NCBI RefSeq assembly: GCF_036321535.1
Contig: NC_087437.1
Span: forward strand, 30,754,001-30,818,000
Direction: 5' to 3'
DNA length: 64,000 bases
Origin: Camelus dromedarius
Taxonomy: Eukaryota
In this document: one piece after another, positions 14,116-27,204 of the stretch
Position numbering within the stretch: position 1 is the stretch's first letter
Layout of the letters: each line of letters begins with the position of its first letter
The notes under the pieces: generated by a model
Told to the model about the DNA's origin: nothing
Database searches by the model: none
What the model saw: the letters and a program-made list of their open reading frames with translations, nothing else
Made by a program: the position numbers and the translations under genes

Positions 14116-17100
14116 TGTCAGAAGATTCCTGGCGCAGCATCAAACCCAAACTGCCCTGTCAAGGGAAATAGAATGAGACCAAGATGAAGCCAACGGCAGC
14201 CAAACGCCCACATGGGTCACCGGATGCCATCAGCCTCCGGGCATTAGGGGGCAGTAAACGGGGCTCACGGCTTCTCCACACAAGGAGCCAGGGACCCCCC
14301 CCAGGTCCCCAGAAACTTCCCAGGTAGTAAAAGGTCATTTACAACATACCACAGCAAGAGCTTTTTCAAATAGCTCCTTACAGGGCTCAAAGTTACCACT
14401 GCCCTGGGGGGAAAAGATCAACCCACCATCAGGGAACCAGTTTCAGGATTGGTTTATGTGCTCGAGGCCTCGCCCACAGTCGGCCAGGACTCAAACCAGT
14501 CTGTGCTGGTAACTCTTCAGAAATTTCTGTTGCAGGAGGGTAGATGGGACAACAGAAGGGTGACCGGTCATTCCCATTGTTAGCACCACTCTGGTGAACT
14601 ACATACATGATCATTTTATGGAAATCTCAGAAGTTGTATGGGCATCCATGTAGCCGTAGGCAAAGGCACACACAGGAACAAAGCTTACAACCCTCTTGTG
14701 GCTTCAGCTTGGGTGTCCATCCAGGACCACATCCAGCCTCTGCCCGGGCTGACCTTATTGGTGTAACCAGAGCCCAGTGAACCAGGAGGAGGCCTGCTCC
14801 TCCGTGAGGGTTGGCCCTGCACAGACAGAGAAGCACAGTGCTAACCAGAGCAAGGACTTGAAAAGCAGAGATCTGAGCTGATGAATTCAACTCCTCCAAA
14901 AGCTGATGTGCATAACCCGGAACAAGGCTCCCTTTGTTCATGGGAATGGGCTGAAGCAACTTTTCAGAATTCCAGCTTCTCTTCTGGTCACAGAATAAAG
15001 CCAGGCAAAACCAGGCAAGGCTGGCACAAAGGAAAACCCACAGGTGGGAAACAATTTGTCATCACGTTCTGAAAGCAATCTCGAGTCTTGTAAAGGCACT
15101 CCAGGATGGAGGCGGTACTGAAAAGAGTGGATGACCAGAGCTGGGGCTATTCACTAATGGAACCACAAATGGTGTAGGTTCCTAAAGCTTTTGCCAGAGC
15201 TTCCCCTTCATTCCCTAAACCTAAGTCTTACCCCTCCTTCCTCTAACTGCAACCTGCCCGATGTTTTCCCTGGCTCCATGCCTGACTCCCCCTTCTTCTT
15301 ACCCTACCCCCATCCGGCTAACTCTGGCCCCTGCTCCCATCCCCTCAGGCGGAGGGTGAGCCCCATCTCACTAAGATAACATCACCCAGGGAACCAACTC
15401 TAAAATATGACAGAAAACACATGACTATGGAGACAACCCTCCCTGCTCTTTCCCCACCCAATACTGCATATGACAGAGATTTCTTTAAAAAACATTTTAG
15501 TTATATAGATATATATGCTCATCGATTTAAAAAAAAACTCAAATACTAAAATTCATCACAAAATTTTTTTCATTGAAAATCCTCTCTTTGAAAAAGAAAA
15601 AAAAGAAACAGAAAATTCTTTCTTCTCTCATTTCATGTCCCTTTCCTGGAATGACCACTTCGGGGTGTATCATTCCAGTCTTGTTTGTGCATTTACTTAT
15701 CTATACATATATTCACATATTCAGTGTTGAAGACATGTTTTTAATAAGAATGCCTTTTCTCAAGAATCGGAAATAATTTTCAGTGCTAACAATAGTAACT
15801 ATTTCCTACAAAAGTGTATTCATGATTTATATTAGAACTATTTTAGGTTACATGGAATTAAGGAGAACTCTATTCATGCTAATTTTTCCTTACTAACTTG
15901 ATCATAATTATGGCTTCATGTGTCATAATTTTGCCCTCTCTGTTCATTACCAATCCAAGGAAGACAGTGGAATCAGAAGATCAAATAATAAAGGGCATTT
16001 GTATATAATTTAAAAAACACAAGCACATCCCTGACTCTCATTTGATCATTCCTTTTAACCAGATGAAAGAAGGAGAGAAGAGGATGTCAGAATAAGTGAC
16101 TCACTCATGCTTCGAGGAAAAGTAGCAATGGGACTTGAAACCTTATCTTTGGATTCCAAACTCTGCGGGTAGGTGTTTTTAAGAAGAGGCAACTGAGTTT
16201 AAATGGCTGAGCCAGACACAAAGGTGTGAGTAACTGAACCGTACGGTCTCCAGGCTGCGTGCTCCCTATTTTGGTTCATTACTAGCATGTCTTACCTCCC
16301 CTGGTGTCTGTTTGCTGCTGCAGGGCAGGCAATAAGCTGCCTCTGAGTGCCAGACCTGAGCTGAGCACACACCACAGGCCCTCCGTAAACATCAGTAACT
16401 GCTCCATTATATGCCCTATTTCCTAGATTCCCTCCAGTCTCTGACTGGAGGGAGACATGTCCACTCTGGCTTCCAGAATCAGAGCGAATGATTTCAAAAT
16501 GTAGAGATACTAGAGGTGGAGATAATGACTGAAGTTAGAAGGGCTGAATGAAGCAGGGGATGAGACAGCTGTGCAGTAAAGCCAAAGCATGCAACAAAGC
16601 TGTTTTCACGTGTGAGGCAAATCCCTATCACTGCTTTAGCGTGAGTTTCATGGAACACTACAAAACTGTTCAAGCCACCTGAATAGCTTAATAAAAGACA
16701 AACTACTCAAGTTCGTGTATGTAAATCAGAGTTCTAACACTATGCTAAAGAAAAAAAAGAAAGTCCTAAAAGAGAACTTTAGGAGGCAGAGAACATATGT
16801 ACTTACATTTTTATCTTTAAGTACAGGGATTTGTCTACTACATGCTGACTGTCTCCACCTCTTCCTCTGTGACTACTCCCCACCACAGCCCATTCTCCTC
16901 TGGCACCCCTCTGCCATAAAAACCAGCACTCTCACTCCCATTAGTTTAGATTCTTTCTTAAAAATAATTCATTATTCGTAAACTATTTTATGGGTTATAC
17001 AATATTCCCACTCATGTCTTGTCTAGACCTTAACAACAGCCCTGGAAGTCACGCATTATTAAGCATGAGTTCAAAGAGGCCAATAGGAAACAGTAGATTG

Positions 17101-19961
17101 CAAATTCATGACTTCTGGCTCCAAATCCACTGTCCCAGTCCTAGGGTTACACTCTTTCTAGCCTCCCTGACACTCTGCTTCCTTACAGAAAGAGCCTACG
17201 GTTGTATTACTCATGATAACCAAGATTAATTCTTCCCACCTCCACTACTCAACCCATCCCCACTGTGGGCCAATGAAGGAGAAGAGACAGGAGAAGAAGA
17301 GTTGACTAAACCTCACTTATTCAAAGAATACTTACCTTGTTCCCTCGGCAGGAGCCTTTGGAGTAAACACATTGGAGGGGATCTGAGCAAAATGTCAGTC
17401 CTTTGAGTATCAAACGGCGGGACTTGCTTTGCAATAAAATTTGAGTGAGCTACTTGGACTAAGTTCAGAAACACCAGGACCAAATTTTCGAGCCAGATGC
17501 CATTGTGAAAACTGTCTGAAGGGTTCATGTGTTTTCCAAATTGCTAACAACAGGGAAGAAGGCTATGGCCAGAGATTAAAGCAGTGCATAAACTCCCCCT
17601 GTTGTTGGAACAGGAGTGACTAGTTCATGGGATGCAGTAAGGCATCAAGGGGCAAGGGGAAAACGACTAGTGGTCAAGGTGCCTGAGCTGCAGCCCAGGT
17701 CTCCCTCTAACTCAACTGCCTCCTGTCTCTTCACGCCCCTGTGCTTGGGCGGCCTCATCTGTGAACAAAACAGGGGGTGGTGGTGAGTGAGATGCTCTCT
17801 CCCTCTCCGAGCTCGAGCTCGCAGCCTTGATATTCCACATTCCACTAACAAGGACTATGGGCAACTCCCCGCCCCCCACTAATATCCCAATCCATTCATC
17901 TTTAATTATAAATTAAAATAGCCTTGAGAAGCTACAGAGTTAATTCCCATTAATATAGCCTTTAACTCATACAGAGAAGTGCCAATTTCCTTCTCTTTAA
18001 GCCTCCCTGAGACACAAAAGACATAATTAATAGGCTCTGACAGTAATATTTGTAAAACAGTAAGTTCTTAGAAACAGGAAGGCACAAGGAAAAAGGTCCC
18101 CAAACTGTGTCCTGCACCTCACAACCTCTGACACAACACATTTGGGAATTTCTGCACCAAGGTCTCCCTCAAGGTTGAGAATTCAAACAGTGTCCAGTTA
18201 AAAGCTGCAATTTCAAGGACATCTGCTCTTCTCACACTTCTGCACTAACTTTGAGACAAACAAATCAAGAGAATTGCACAGTGCAGGGATGGGCTGAGAG
18301 GGACCATGGCTCCTGTCCTCTGGCCAAGGCCTAGACTAACAGGTTCCAAAGCAGTTCAGAGGCCTGGGTCAGACGGGCCAGGTCACTGTCCTCCCTTCCC
18401 CCATCATAATTTCCCTCCCCCACTCCCTACAGGTTTCCAAGCACTGCCAAACTGGTTGTTAAAAGGCTCTGCAAACAGCCTAATTCCAGAGCTAGCCCCC
18501 TCCCAGCTATGTACACACAGGGAAAGAAATAAAAGGGGACTTTGTTCATTTTTTAAGGCTCACAGGGGACACCACTAAACCCCAAGTTCCTGGTCTGTTT
18601 TCTTTTCTTTAAAGCGATCAGGAGCTGAAAATGCTCTGAGCTAAGTTGAGCAGTGAGATACAATCACCCTCCAAAGACACATGGTTGCTTCATTTGAAAG
18701 GGCTGGTTTCATGTATATAGTAATATGTGTCTAGTGCTTGAAAGAGTTCATACCTTTTGGTTCAGTGATTTAGCAGCTGGAAATACATCAAAAGGAAATA
18801 ATTAAAGATACAGACAGAAATGAATACACAAAAAATATTCACTGCATCATTTCTTATGTAGGGTAGATATTAACCACTGCATTCGCAAAAACTTTGTAAA
18901 TGAGCATAGGAAATGCTCATGACATGATGCTATGCAGAAAAAAGTAGGACAGAGTATAATATCAACTGTCAAAAGCAATATTGCCTAAAATAATGGATTT
19001 CAATCTTAACAAGAAAGAAATGCTTTTAATATTTCGCCACTGTAATGTTTGCTGTAGGTTATCTGTAAATATTCTTTATCATGTTAAGAAAACTCCCTTC
19101 TATTCTGATTTTTTGAACAGCTTTTTGCATAATTTGATATTAAACATTATAAGACACTTTCGCTGTATCTACTGATAACATATACCTCCACTAATCTGTT
19201 AATATGAATTTTCTAATGTTAAATCAACCCTGCAGTCCCGAGATAAATCTCATTTGTTCACAATGTATTATCTTTTTAACATATTGCTGGATTTGGCTTG
19301 GTTTGATGATTTTTACATGTATATTTCTAGGTAAGGCTGGTCTATAGTTTCCATTTCTCATATTGTTCTGGACAGGATTTTTAGACTGAGGTTATCATAA
19401 TGTCAAAAAATGCATTTCTATCCCCTGGAAGGATTTATGCAAGTTTGAAATTGTTTCTGCCTTGAGCACTTGGTAGAACTTGCTCATAAACCCACCTAAA
19501 CCTAGACCTTCCTTTATGGAGAAATATCTGACTACTGGCTTATTTTAAAAATTATAGAATTATTCAGTCTATTTTTTATAATTTAATTTTGGTAAGTTAT
19601 ACTTGTCTGGAAATGTATTCATTCCCTCTAAGCTCTCAAACATTTTAGCATAAGGTAGTTCCTAATATTATTTTTGTAACATCTACATCTGCTATTCCAT
19701 TCCTAATATTGTTTATTTGTGCCTCTCTCCTCTTTTTTAAACCAGTCTTACCAAGTGTTCATCAACATTACTAATTTTTTTTTTTTTTTACACAGAGCCA
19801 AACTATCGTTTCTGATCCTCTCCATTGAATAACATGGAATTATTACTATTATTTCCTTCCGTCTATTTTCTCTGGGCCTATTTTCCATCTTTTTCTAACT
19901 CTCCGACTTCAACATCTAGCTATATTTTCAGGCTTTCTTCTTTTCTCATATAAGCTTTCTT

Positions 19962-20098
19962 CTTCTTTATTTATCTATTTGTGTGTGGGGGGGAGATGAT
20001 TAGGTTTATTTATTTATTTTTAATGGCAATACTAGGGACTGAACCCAGGACCTCTTGCATGCTAGGCATGCAGTCTACCACTGAGCTACACCCTCCCC
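19962..20098 (-). mobile_element. tRNA-derived SINE (same family) inserted into an old L1
   Basis: Reverse complement gives GGGGAGGGTGTAGCTCAGTGGTAGA...GGGTTCAGTCCC. TSD-like taagctttctt / taagcgttctt. Confidence 0.88.
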
Positions 20099-22157
20099 TG
20101 CTAAGCGTTCTTTTCTACTAGAAGCGTTTCTACATGCTTTAGCTGCTTACCCCCACTCCACGTTTTGACTCATAGTATTTTTGTTATCATTCAGTTAAAA
20201 GTATGTTCTGATTTTCCATTGCAATTTCTTCTTTGATCCAAAGGCCATTTTGAAACATATTTCTGTAATTATTCATAATCATCTTTTGTTACCAGTTTCT
20301 AGCTTAATCGCACGGTGGTCACAGATCTGGTCCATATGATACCAATCATTCGCTGTTAAGACTTAATGACAGAGTTTGAGGTCACTGGTTATAAATGTTC
20401 TGTGTGTGTTCGAAAATAATATGTATCCCACGGTTTCGAGATGCACTGATCTTCATATGTCTAACAGCTCAAACTTAACTGTATTTCTCAAATCTATGTG
20501 GTAACCAATCTTTTCCTCACTTTACCAAGTGCTGATGAAGTATTTTAAAATACCACTGGGAATATACTGGTTTCTCATTGTAGTTCTCAGTTTTTGCCTA
20601 ATATATATTAAGACCACATTATAAGAAGCATACAAGTTCTTTCTTTTCTTGTGAGTTCAAACTCTTCAATCAGTATGACCCTCTTTTGTCTCTAAAAATG
20701 TTTTGACATTTAAAGTCTAGTTTGTGTGTTATCAATATTGCCAGCTTTTCATTTTTGATGTCAATATTTTCAGCTTTTAATCACTGGTTTACCTTTTTCT
20801 ATTACTTTACCTTTACCTTTCTGTATACGTGTCTTTTATAAACAGCAAATGGTTAAATTTTCAGTTTTCATCTAGTCTAACAATCTTTTGTTTAGATTAG
20901 AGTTACTGATACATCTGAATTTACTTCTACATCTTATTTTGTGTTTGCTCCGTGTCTTGCCTATTCAATATTTCCTTTCTCAACTTTCTCAACTTCGAGA
21001 TTTATTCTCTTTTCTCCTGTTAACTGGAAAGTTACTCATTCTTTTACTAAATTTAGTGGTTGCCTTAGAAGTTTTAACATACACACTTTACTTATTCAAG
21101 TCTAAATCTCATCAGTGTGTCTAACTCCCTCCCAAACTATACAGCAACTTTAGATACATTGACTCCTTTTGCTTCTTCAACTTACATCACTTGTTTTATC
21201 TAGTTCCCACTGAAGACATCATTATTATTTTATACAGTCAGTGCATGTGCTTTAGTTACAAATTTTCCTTTTCTTTGGTCTTCATTTCTTGTTTGAGACC
21301 CTCCACCTGGGAATAATTTTCTTCTGCTTTAAGTGTATCCTTTTCATGAGGATCTGGAGAACCCTCTAGGTTTTTGTTTTTGTTTCGTTTTTTGAGTCTG
21401 AAAGTCTTTATTTTGTCTTTGTTTTTTAAAGATATATTTAATGAAAACTGAATCCTAAGCTGATAGTTAATTTCTATTAGTGCATGAAATTTAATATTCT
21501 ACTGTCTTCCGGCTTCTATTGTGGCTGTGTCAGGATAATTTGTCATGTCTTTGAAAATAAGCTGCCTCTTCTTTCTGACCTTGCTTAAGATCTTCTCTTT
21601 ATCTTCTGTGTTTGGCAATTTAATTATCTTTTGTCTCTGTGTGGATTTCTTTTTCCTTATTCTGAACAGAATTCAGATGACTTCATGAATATGCAAAGTG
21701 ATGCTTTTCATTGGTCCTTGAGAATTCTGTTATTATCTCTTTCAGTGTTGCCTCTTCCCATTTTCTCTCTTCTGTCTTAAATTATATTTAAACATACTGA
21801 ATCTGAATTACCTATCTTCCACATTGATTAACCTTTCTTTTGGGTTTTTCATTGTTTTGCCTCTCTATTGCCATCTGAAAACTTCCTTCAGCACTGTCAT
21901 TCAGCTGAAAATTTCCTTGTTCAGTTTGGGTTAGTTTGCTTGTTATATGTATTCACTGAGTTAAATTATTTTCTTGAAAAAATTCTATTTGGCTCTTTTT
22001 TCAAATCAGCTTGGTTAGTCTTTACAGTTTCTTGTTCTCAGCTCACATCTTGTGTTTAGTGATTTTTTTTTTTTTTAAATACTCTGAGATGCTCCTTTTC
22101 CTTCTAATTTCATTGGTGGGGGTTCTTTGAAGTCTGGGATAAAAATAGATTCGTCCA

Positions 22158-22501
22158 GAGGGGGTTGAGCCAAGATGGCAGAGTAGAGAGACTCACAGCT
22201 CGTCCTCTCCCACAAATACACCAAGAATTACATCTACAAACCCACTGAATTCACAGAACACCTAATGAACTCTAGAAGAGTGTCTCTCATTTTGAAATAC
22301 AGGAGGATTCTCACAAAATCTAATAAACAGCAAGTTTATACTGTATAGCACAGGGAACTATATTCAATATCTTGTAGTAATTTATGTGAAAAATATGAAA
22401 ATGAATATATATATGTTCCTATATTACTGAAGTATTGTGCTGTACACCAGAAACTGACACATTGTAAACTGACTATACTCCAACCAAAAGAAGAAAAACA
22501 A
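22158..22501 (+). mobile_element. Internally deleted or spliced L1: 5'UTR start fused to 3' tail
   Basis: Starts GGGGG...CAAGATGGCAGAGTAG (L1 5' end with YY1 motif). From about 22323 it matches the L1 3' tail at 55913-56075. TSD agattcgtcca / agattcctcca. Confidence 0.8.
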
Positions 22502-23224
22502 AGATTCCTCCAAAAGAAGGGGGGACATTGGTGTTTGCTTAGTACCAGGGACAGTTATAATGTGGGAACTCTTTAAATCAAATTTTCATCTTTAAGTTTT
22601 TCTGACCACCTCGTTACTGGGATTCCAGCTACACCTGTATTAGAGCTGATTCAGGATCACAAATTCTCAGGACCAAATAATCAAGATCTGCTCAGAATCA
22701 AGATTTTTGATAGGTGATTTTCTTTACAGTCTTATAGGGTTGGAAAGAGGGTAAGTAACTGCTTTATTTTTGTTTCTGCTTTTATTCCAATACACCCTCG
22801 TGATGAGGGAGAAGCATTCTGAAGACCTAGGCTTATAAAGGGTCCCTCTCAGACTTCTTACCTTATCTCTTGTTGTCCCTGTGCCCTCAGGCCATGAAAA
22901 CAGAAGTTCAAGTTAACCCGGTTTGGCAACTGTCCTCAAGACAAAAAGCCAGCTTCACTGTTCAGTAGACCCCTCTTCACTTAGCATTTGGCCTGAATAT
23001 TCATTACTTTTTTACAGGTCCATTGCATTTAAGAAAATCATCGTTCTATTGTACCCAACACTTTTAAATAGTTTCAGTAGGAGTACTGGTGACCTATTTT
23101 GCTAGACACAGTATTCAATTCTGGGAATTCATATTGAAAGCCACAGAACCTTGCAGTCTGACAGCCAAATCAGGACCTGATCTAGCCCCAAAGCGTACTA
23201 GCTCCCTGCCTGCTACTTTGTAAA

Positions 23225-23460
23225 AACTGCTGATACATTTTAGTACCTCCTATGTGCCAGGTGTTGTGGTAAATGTTTTACAAGTATTACTTTATTTCCT
23301 CTTTACAACAATCCTAAAAGCTAGGTAGAATTACCCCCATTTTACAGATAGAGAAACTTAAGTACAGAGAGGTTAAGTAATTACCTAAGGTCCACAGCTG
23401 TCAAGTATCAGCACTGGTATTTGACCTAAATAAAAATCTAACTCCAATGATTGCACTTTT
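23225..23460 (-). mobile_element. MIR SINE
   Basis: MIR core ccccattttacagatagagaaact..agaggttaagtaattacctaaggtc. Confidence 0.8.
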
Positions 23461-25586
23461 AAGGTCTATGTAATTTTGCTACCTAATAATGAATATAAGA
23501 GGTGAATCTTTCTTTTTCTCTAAAAAGAATGAGAGAGAGAGAGGAAGAGAGAGGGAGAGAACACACTACTAGGAGTGGCAGAGCCAGTAGTGGGATCTGG
23601 ACTTTCCAATGTACAATCCTTTCCAATTCCCTATGCTCATGTCAGGGTTGGCATATTTTCACCATTCATATATTCCATCATTTTTTAAGTGGGCACAAAG
23701 TGCAAACTGGAAATTAAAACTACACTGGAAAAAAAAAAAAAAAACCAACACCCAAAGGAATGACTGCTTGGTAATTAGATTTCAACTTTTGGTGGCTGTC
23801 AGTCTTGAAATCCAGCCCAATATTAACACCTTGGATCACGTTCAAAGACTCTTCCTGAAGAAACACTACCAGCAGACTTTTTTTTTTTCACAATTCTGGT
23901 TTTCATCTACTTACGTGTAGGTCTAACATCCTTGATTTATATTAATTGCCTCTAAACCAATGATTCCCATGCTTTTTAAATATTAGAAATGTATTTCAGA
24001 ATAGCTCCACCCCAATTTCGATACCTACACAAGGTTGCCAAAAATTCAGATGCAGAGAGGACAACCCCCAGAGAAGGGTAGATCTACTAGTTTTCCTGAG
24101 TTCATCTTACCCTCTCTCCTGCCCACATCCCCACACACCAGTGAGACGAGGGGGCTTACCACGGGGAATGTGTTATATTCCCATCTTTGCCTGCATTCCC
24201 TACCCCTTCCATCAATAACGGCAGCTCTAACAAGAGATCTGCCCTTCAACTGGGCAATTAAACCTCCAGTCCACAACTTCTCTCCTTCCCAACCACACAG
24301 CAGGGTACAGAGGGTAAGTGCCTCCCCTTTTTGTGCTCAAAAATAGGAGTTCAGGAGCCCATGAGGTGAAAAAGGCTCTAACTGCCCCCAATTTATGAAT
24401 AAATAACCCACAAGGATGCTCTGGGCCCTACTACAGGCGCTGTGAGTACTGAGGGGATGGAGAGATGCCTAAACACCTTCCCAGTCATCAAGAAGCCAAT
24501 GATCTCAATGAGAGAACAATGCACAGATAGAAACAAAAGGTTTATACAAAACTTGCACCAAAAATGGCAGAATGTATGCTAGATGGCCAATGAAGCATAC
24601 TGTAAGAGTTCAAAGAGAGGAAACCAAGGCTGTCAGGGAAGAGTTCCTGGAGGGTGGGAAGATAGAACCAGATCTCGAGAGAGAGAAGTACGTTTATAAG
24701 GGAAAATGAGAAGGGAGGGGAGTGAGCAGGGCAGTTTAGGAGGAAGGCACTGTAGGTGCCCAAAATACCACTCTCAGTTATCAAGGTAAAATTTACTAAT
24801 GTACATTATTCACATATTGTTTAAATACAATGTAATGTAACAAAGTATACATAAGGAATTTGTCAAAAGTAACATTTCACCAATAATGCCTAAACATAAA
24901 TTATTCAGAATGTAAATCTTGAGATAGATCTCTCTTTTAAAAGGATAGTAGTGATCATAAAGACAGTAACTCTGCAAAGATTTTAGCCTAAGATAATGGT
25001 GGTAAAGGTAAAAAATCAAGTTTAGTTTCTCTAAAGCCAGCAGGGATGTTAACCTTCTAACTGTTCAATAGAGAACTTATATCAATGCAAATATAAGAAT
25101 ATCAGAAAAAAATAAAGATCATAAAAAGGAAATACAAAAGGTCCTTAAAGCAGTAAGCCCCTTAAAGCCCCATCTCCTCCTAATTTGGTCACAAAAATTC
25201 TCAAGCTCAAAAGATCATCAAAAAATTTTAAATTGTGGCAACTCTGCTTTGTTTTTCATGTGCTGAATCCTTAATTTTCAAGAAGCTCTGGGGAGAAAAA
25301 TCAGAAGCTGATGGAGGTAACCCAAGTTCAATGTACCCAACACACTTCACGTTAACTTACTCTCTTCAATCTTATAAGTTCTTGATTCTTTAAGGCTAAC
25401 TAATAAACAGCCCATTTGAAATTGCCATCTGAAGAAAGTGTCATAGAAAGCGTTAATAAGACAAAATAGGGAGATAAAACCAAACCAATAGGGAGTATTA
25501 CAAATTCCTCAGATTAAATTTATAGTGTGGGTTTTGGTAGGTTTTTTTTTTTTTCTTAAACTAGTGCAAAAAAGATATAGATACAG

Positions 25587-26125
25587 CAGCACTATTTACA
25601 ATAGCCAAGACATGGAGACAGCCTAAATGTCCATCAACAGATGACTGGATAAAGAAGATGTGGTATATTTATACAATGGAATACTATTCAGCCATAAAAA
25701 CAACAACATAACGCCATTTGCAGCAACATGGATGTTCCTGGAGAATGTCATTCTAAGTGACATAAGCCAGAAAGAGAAAGGAAAATACTGTATGAGATCG
25801 CTCATATGTGGAATCTAAAAAAATAATAATAATAAATGAGTACAAAACAGAAACAGACTCATAGACATAGAATACAAACTTGTGGTTGCCAAGGGGGCAG
25901 GGAGTGGGAGGGGACAGACTGGGATTTCAAAATGTAGAATAGATAAACAAGATTATACTGTATAGCACAGGGAAATATATACAAGATCTTGTGGTGGCTC
26001 ACAGCGGAAAAAAAAAATGTGACAATGAATATACGTATGTTCATGTATAACTGAAAAATTGTGCTCTACACTGGAATTTGACACAACATTGTAAATGACT
26101 ATAACTCAATAAAAAAAAAACTTAA
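25587..26125 (+). mobile_element. 5'-truncated L1, 3' end (relatively young)
   Basis: Classic ORF2-end/3'UTR sequence (gcactatttacaatagccaagacatgga...), AATAAA plus poly-A. TSD-like aaaaaagatatagatacag / aaaaaagattataaatacag. Confidence 0.92.
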
Positions 26126-27204
26126 AAAAAAGATTATAAATACAGTAATGAACTCCTGGTTATTTGCCCCTGGCCTACCTATTTTCTTCTATTGCATTCT
26201 GTTGCATAGTTTCCTTCCTTTGAATACCTAATATGTTCACGCTAAAATCATGGGAGCTGGAGTGAGACAGAATATTCTAGTGGCCAGGACCTGGTTCACT
26301 GCTACCCTCAGCATCCTCCATTACTCCAATAGAATCTTGTCCACATTCATGGAAGAGCAGGGATCCCAGAGTGTCCAAACAGCATCAGAACCCACCGAAG
26401 TCTGAATGCTCAACATATCTTCTTTCCTTCAGTAATGCTGGGACACGAGAACCTATGCAGCCACAAGAGCCATAAGGAATTCAAGACAGCTTCAGTTCCA
26501 GGGAGTGGGAACCAAGCAGTGCTACCGCCAAGCCCAAGGTTGACACCATCCTGCCAGGACTGGAGATGCTTTTGGGTACCAAAGGCATCAGCTCTCCTAG
26601 ACCTGGGGGGGATGAGTGAAATGTTGAGACTTGGAAGAAGTGTGAAAAGGAACTAAAAGCCTATTATTTAAGAAAAGTAAGTGTACTGACTTCGATCCTC
26701 TATCATGCAGTGGTTCACTTGCTTCTTCAAAATTGATTTTTTAATCTCTACTAGAAAAAAATGAAGTGACACCTTCTACTCTGAGGCTCTGCTCAAAATA
26801 GAAATTTGTAAAGATCACCTGTAAGTGAATATGAGAAAGTTTTATCTATACCAAGATGCTAATTTTTTTACCTATCAGATTAGCAAAAGTCAGAAAGTTT
26901 GATGACAAACTGTGTCAGTGAGGGTATGGAGAAATCATCACATAATACACTTCTGATAAGAGTATGAACTGTACAAATTCTGTGGAGGCCAATTTGACAA
27001 TATTTATCAAAATTACAAATGTAAATACCTTTGCCTTGGCGATCCCACTTCCAAAAAAATATCTTACACACTTGAACATGTGCAAACTATGTGAATATAG
27101 GGTTATTTACTGCACTGTTGTTTTCAAAAGATCGGAAGCAGCCTAAATGCCCATTAATTCAGTTAAATTTTAATTTATCCATACAATAGAAAATATGTAG
27201 CTAT

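Larger units (their letters stand above)
18980..23100 (-). mobile_element. Ancient, degraded L1 (L1M-type) fragments; boundaries approximate
   Basis: Long T-rich tract with typical antisense L1 ORF2 wording (e.g. ttttctaatgttaaatcaaccctgca, ttggtagaacttgc). Interrupted by a SINE and by the mini-L1. Confidence 0.7.
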
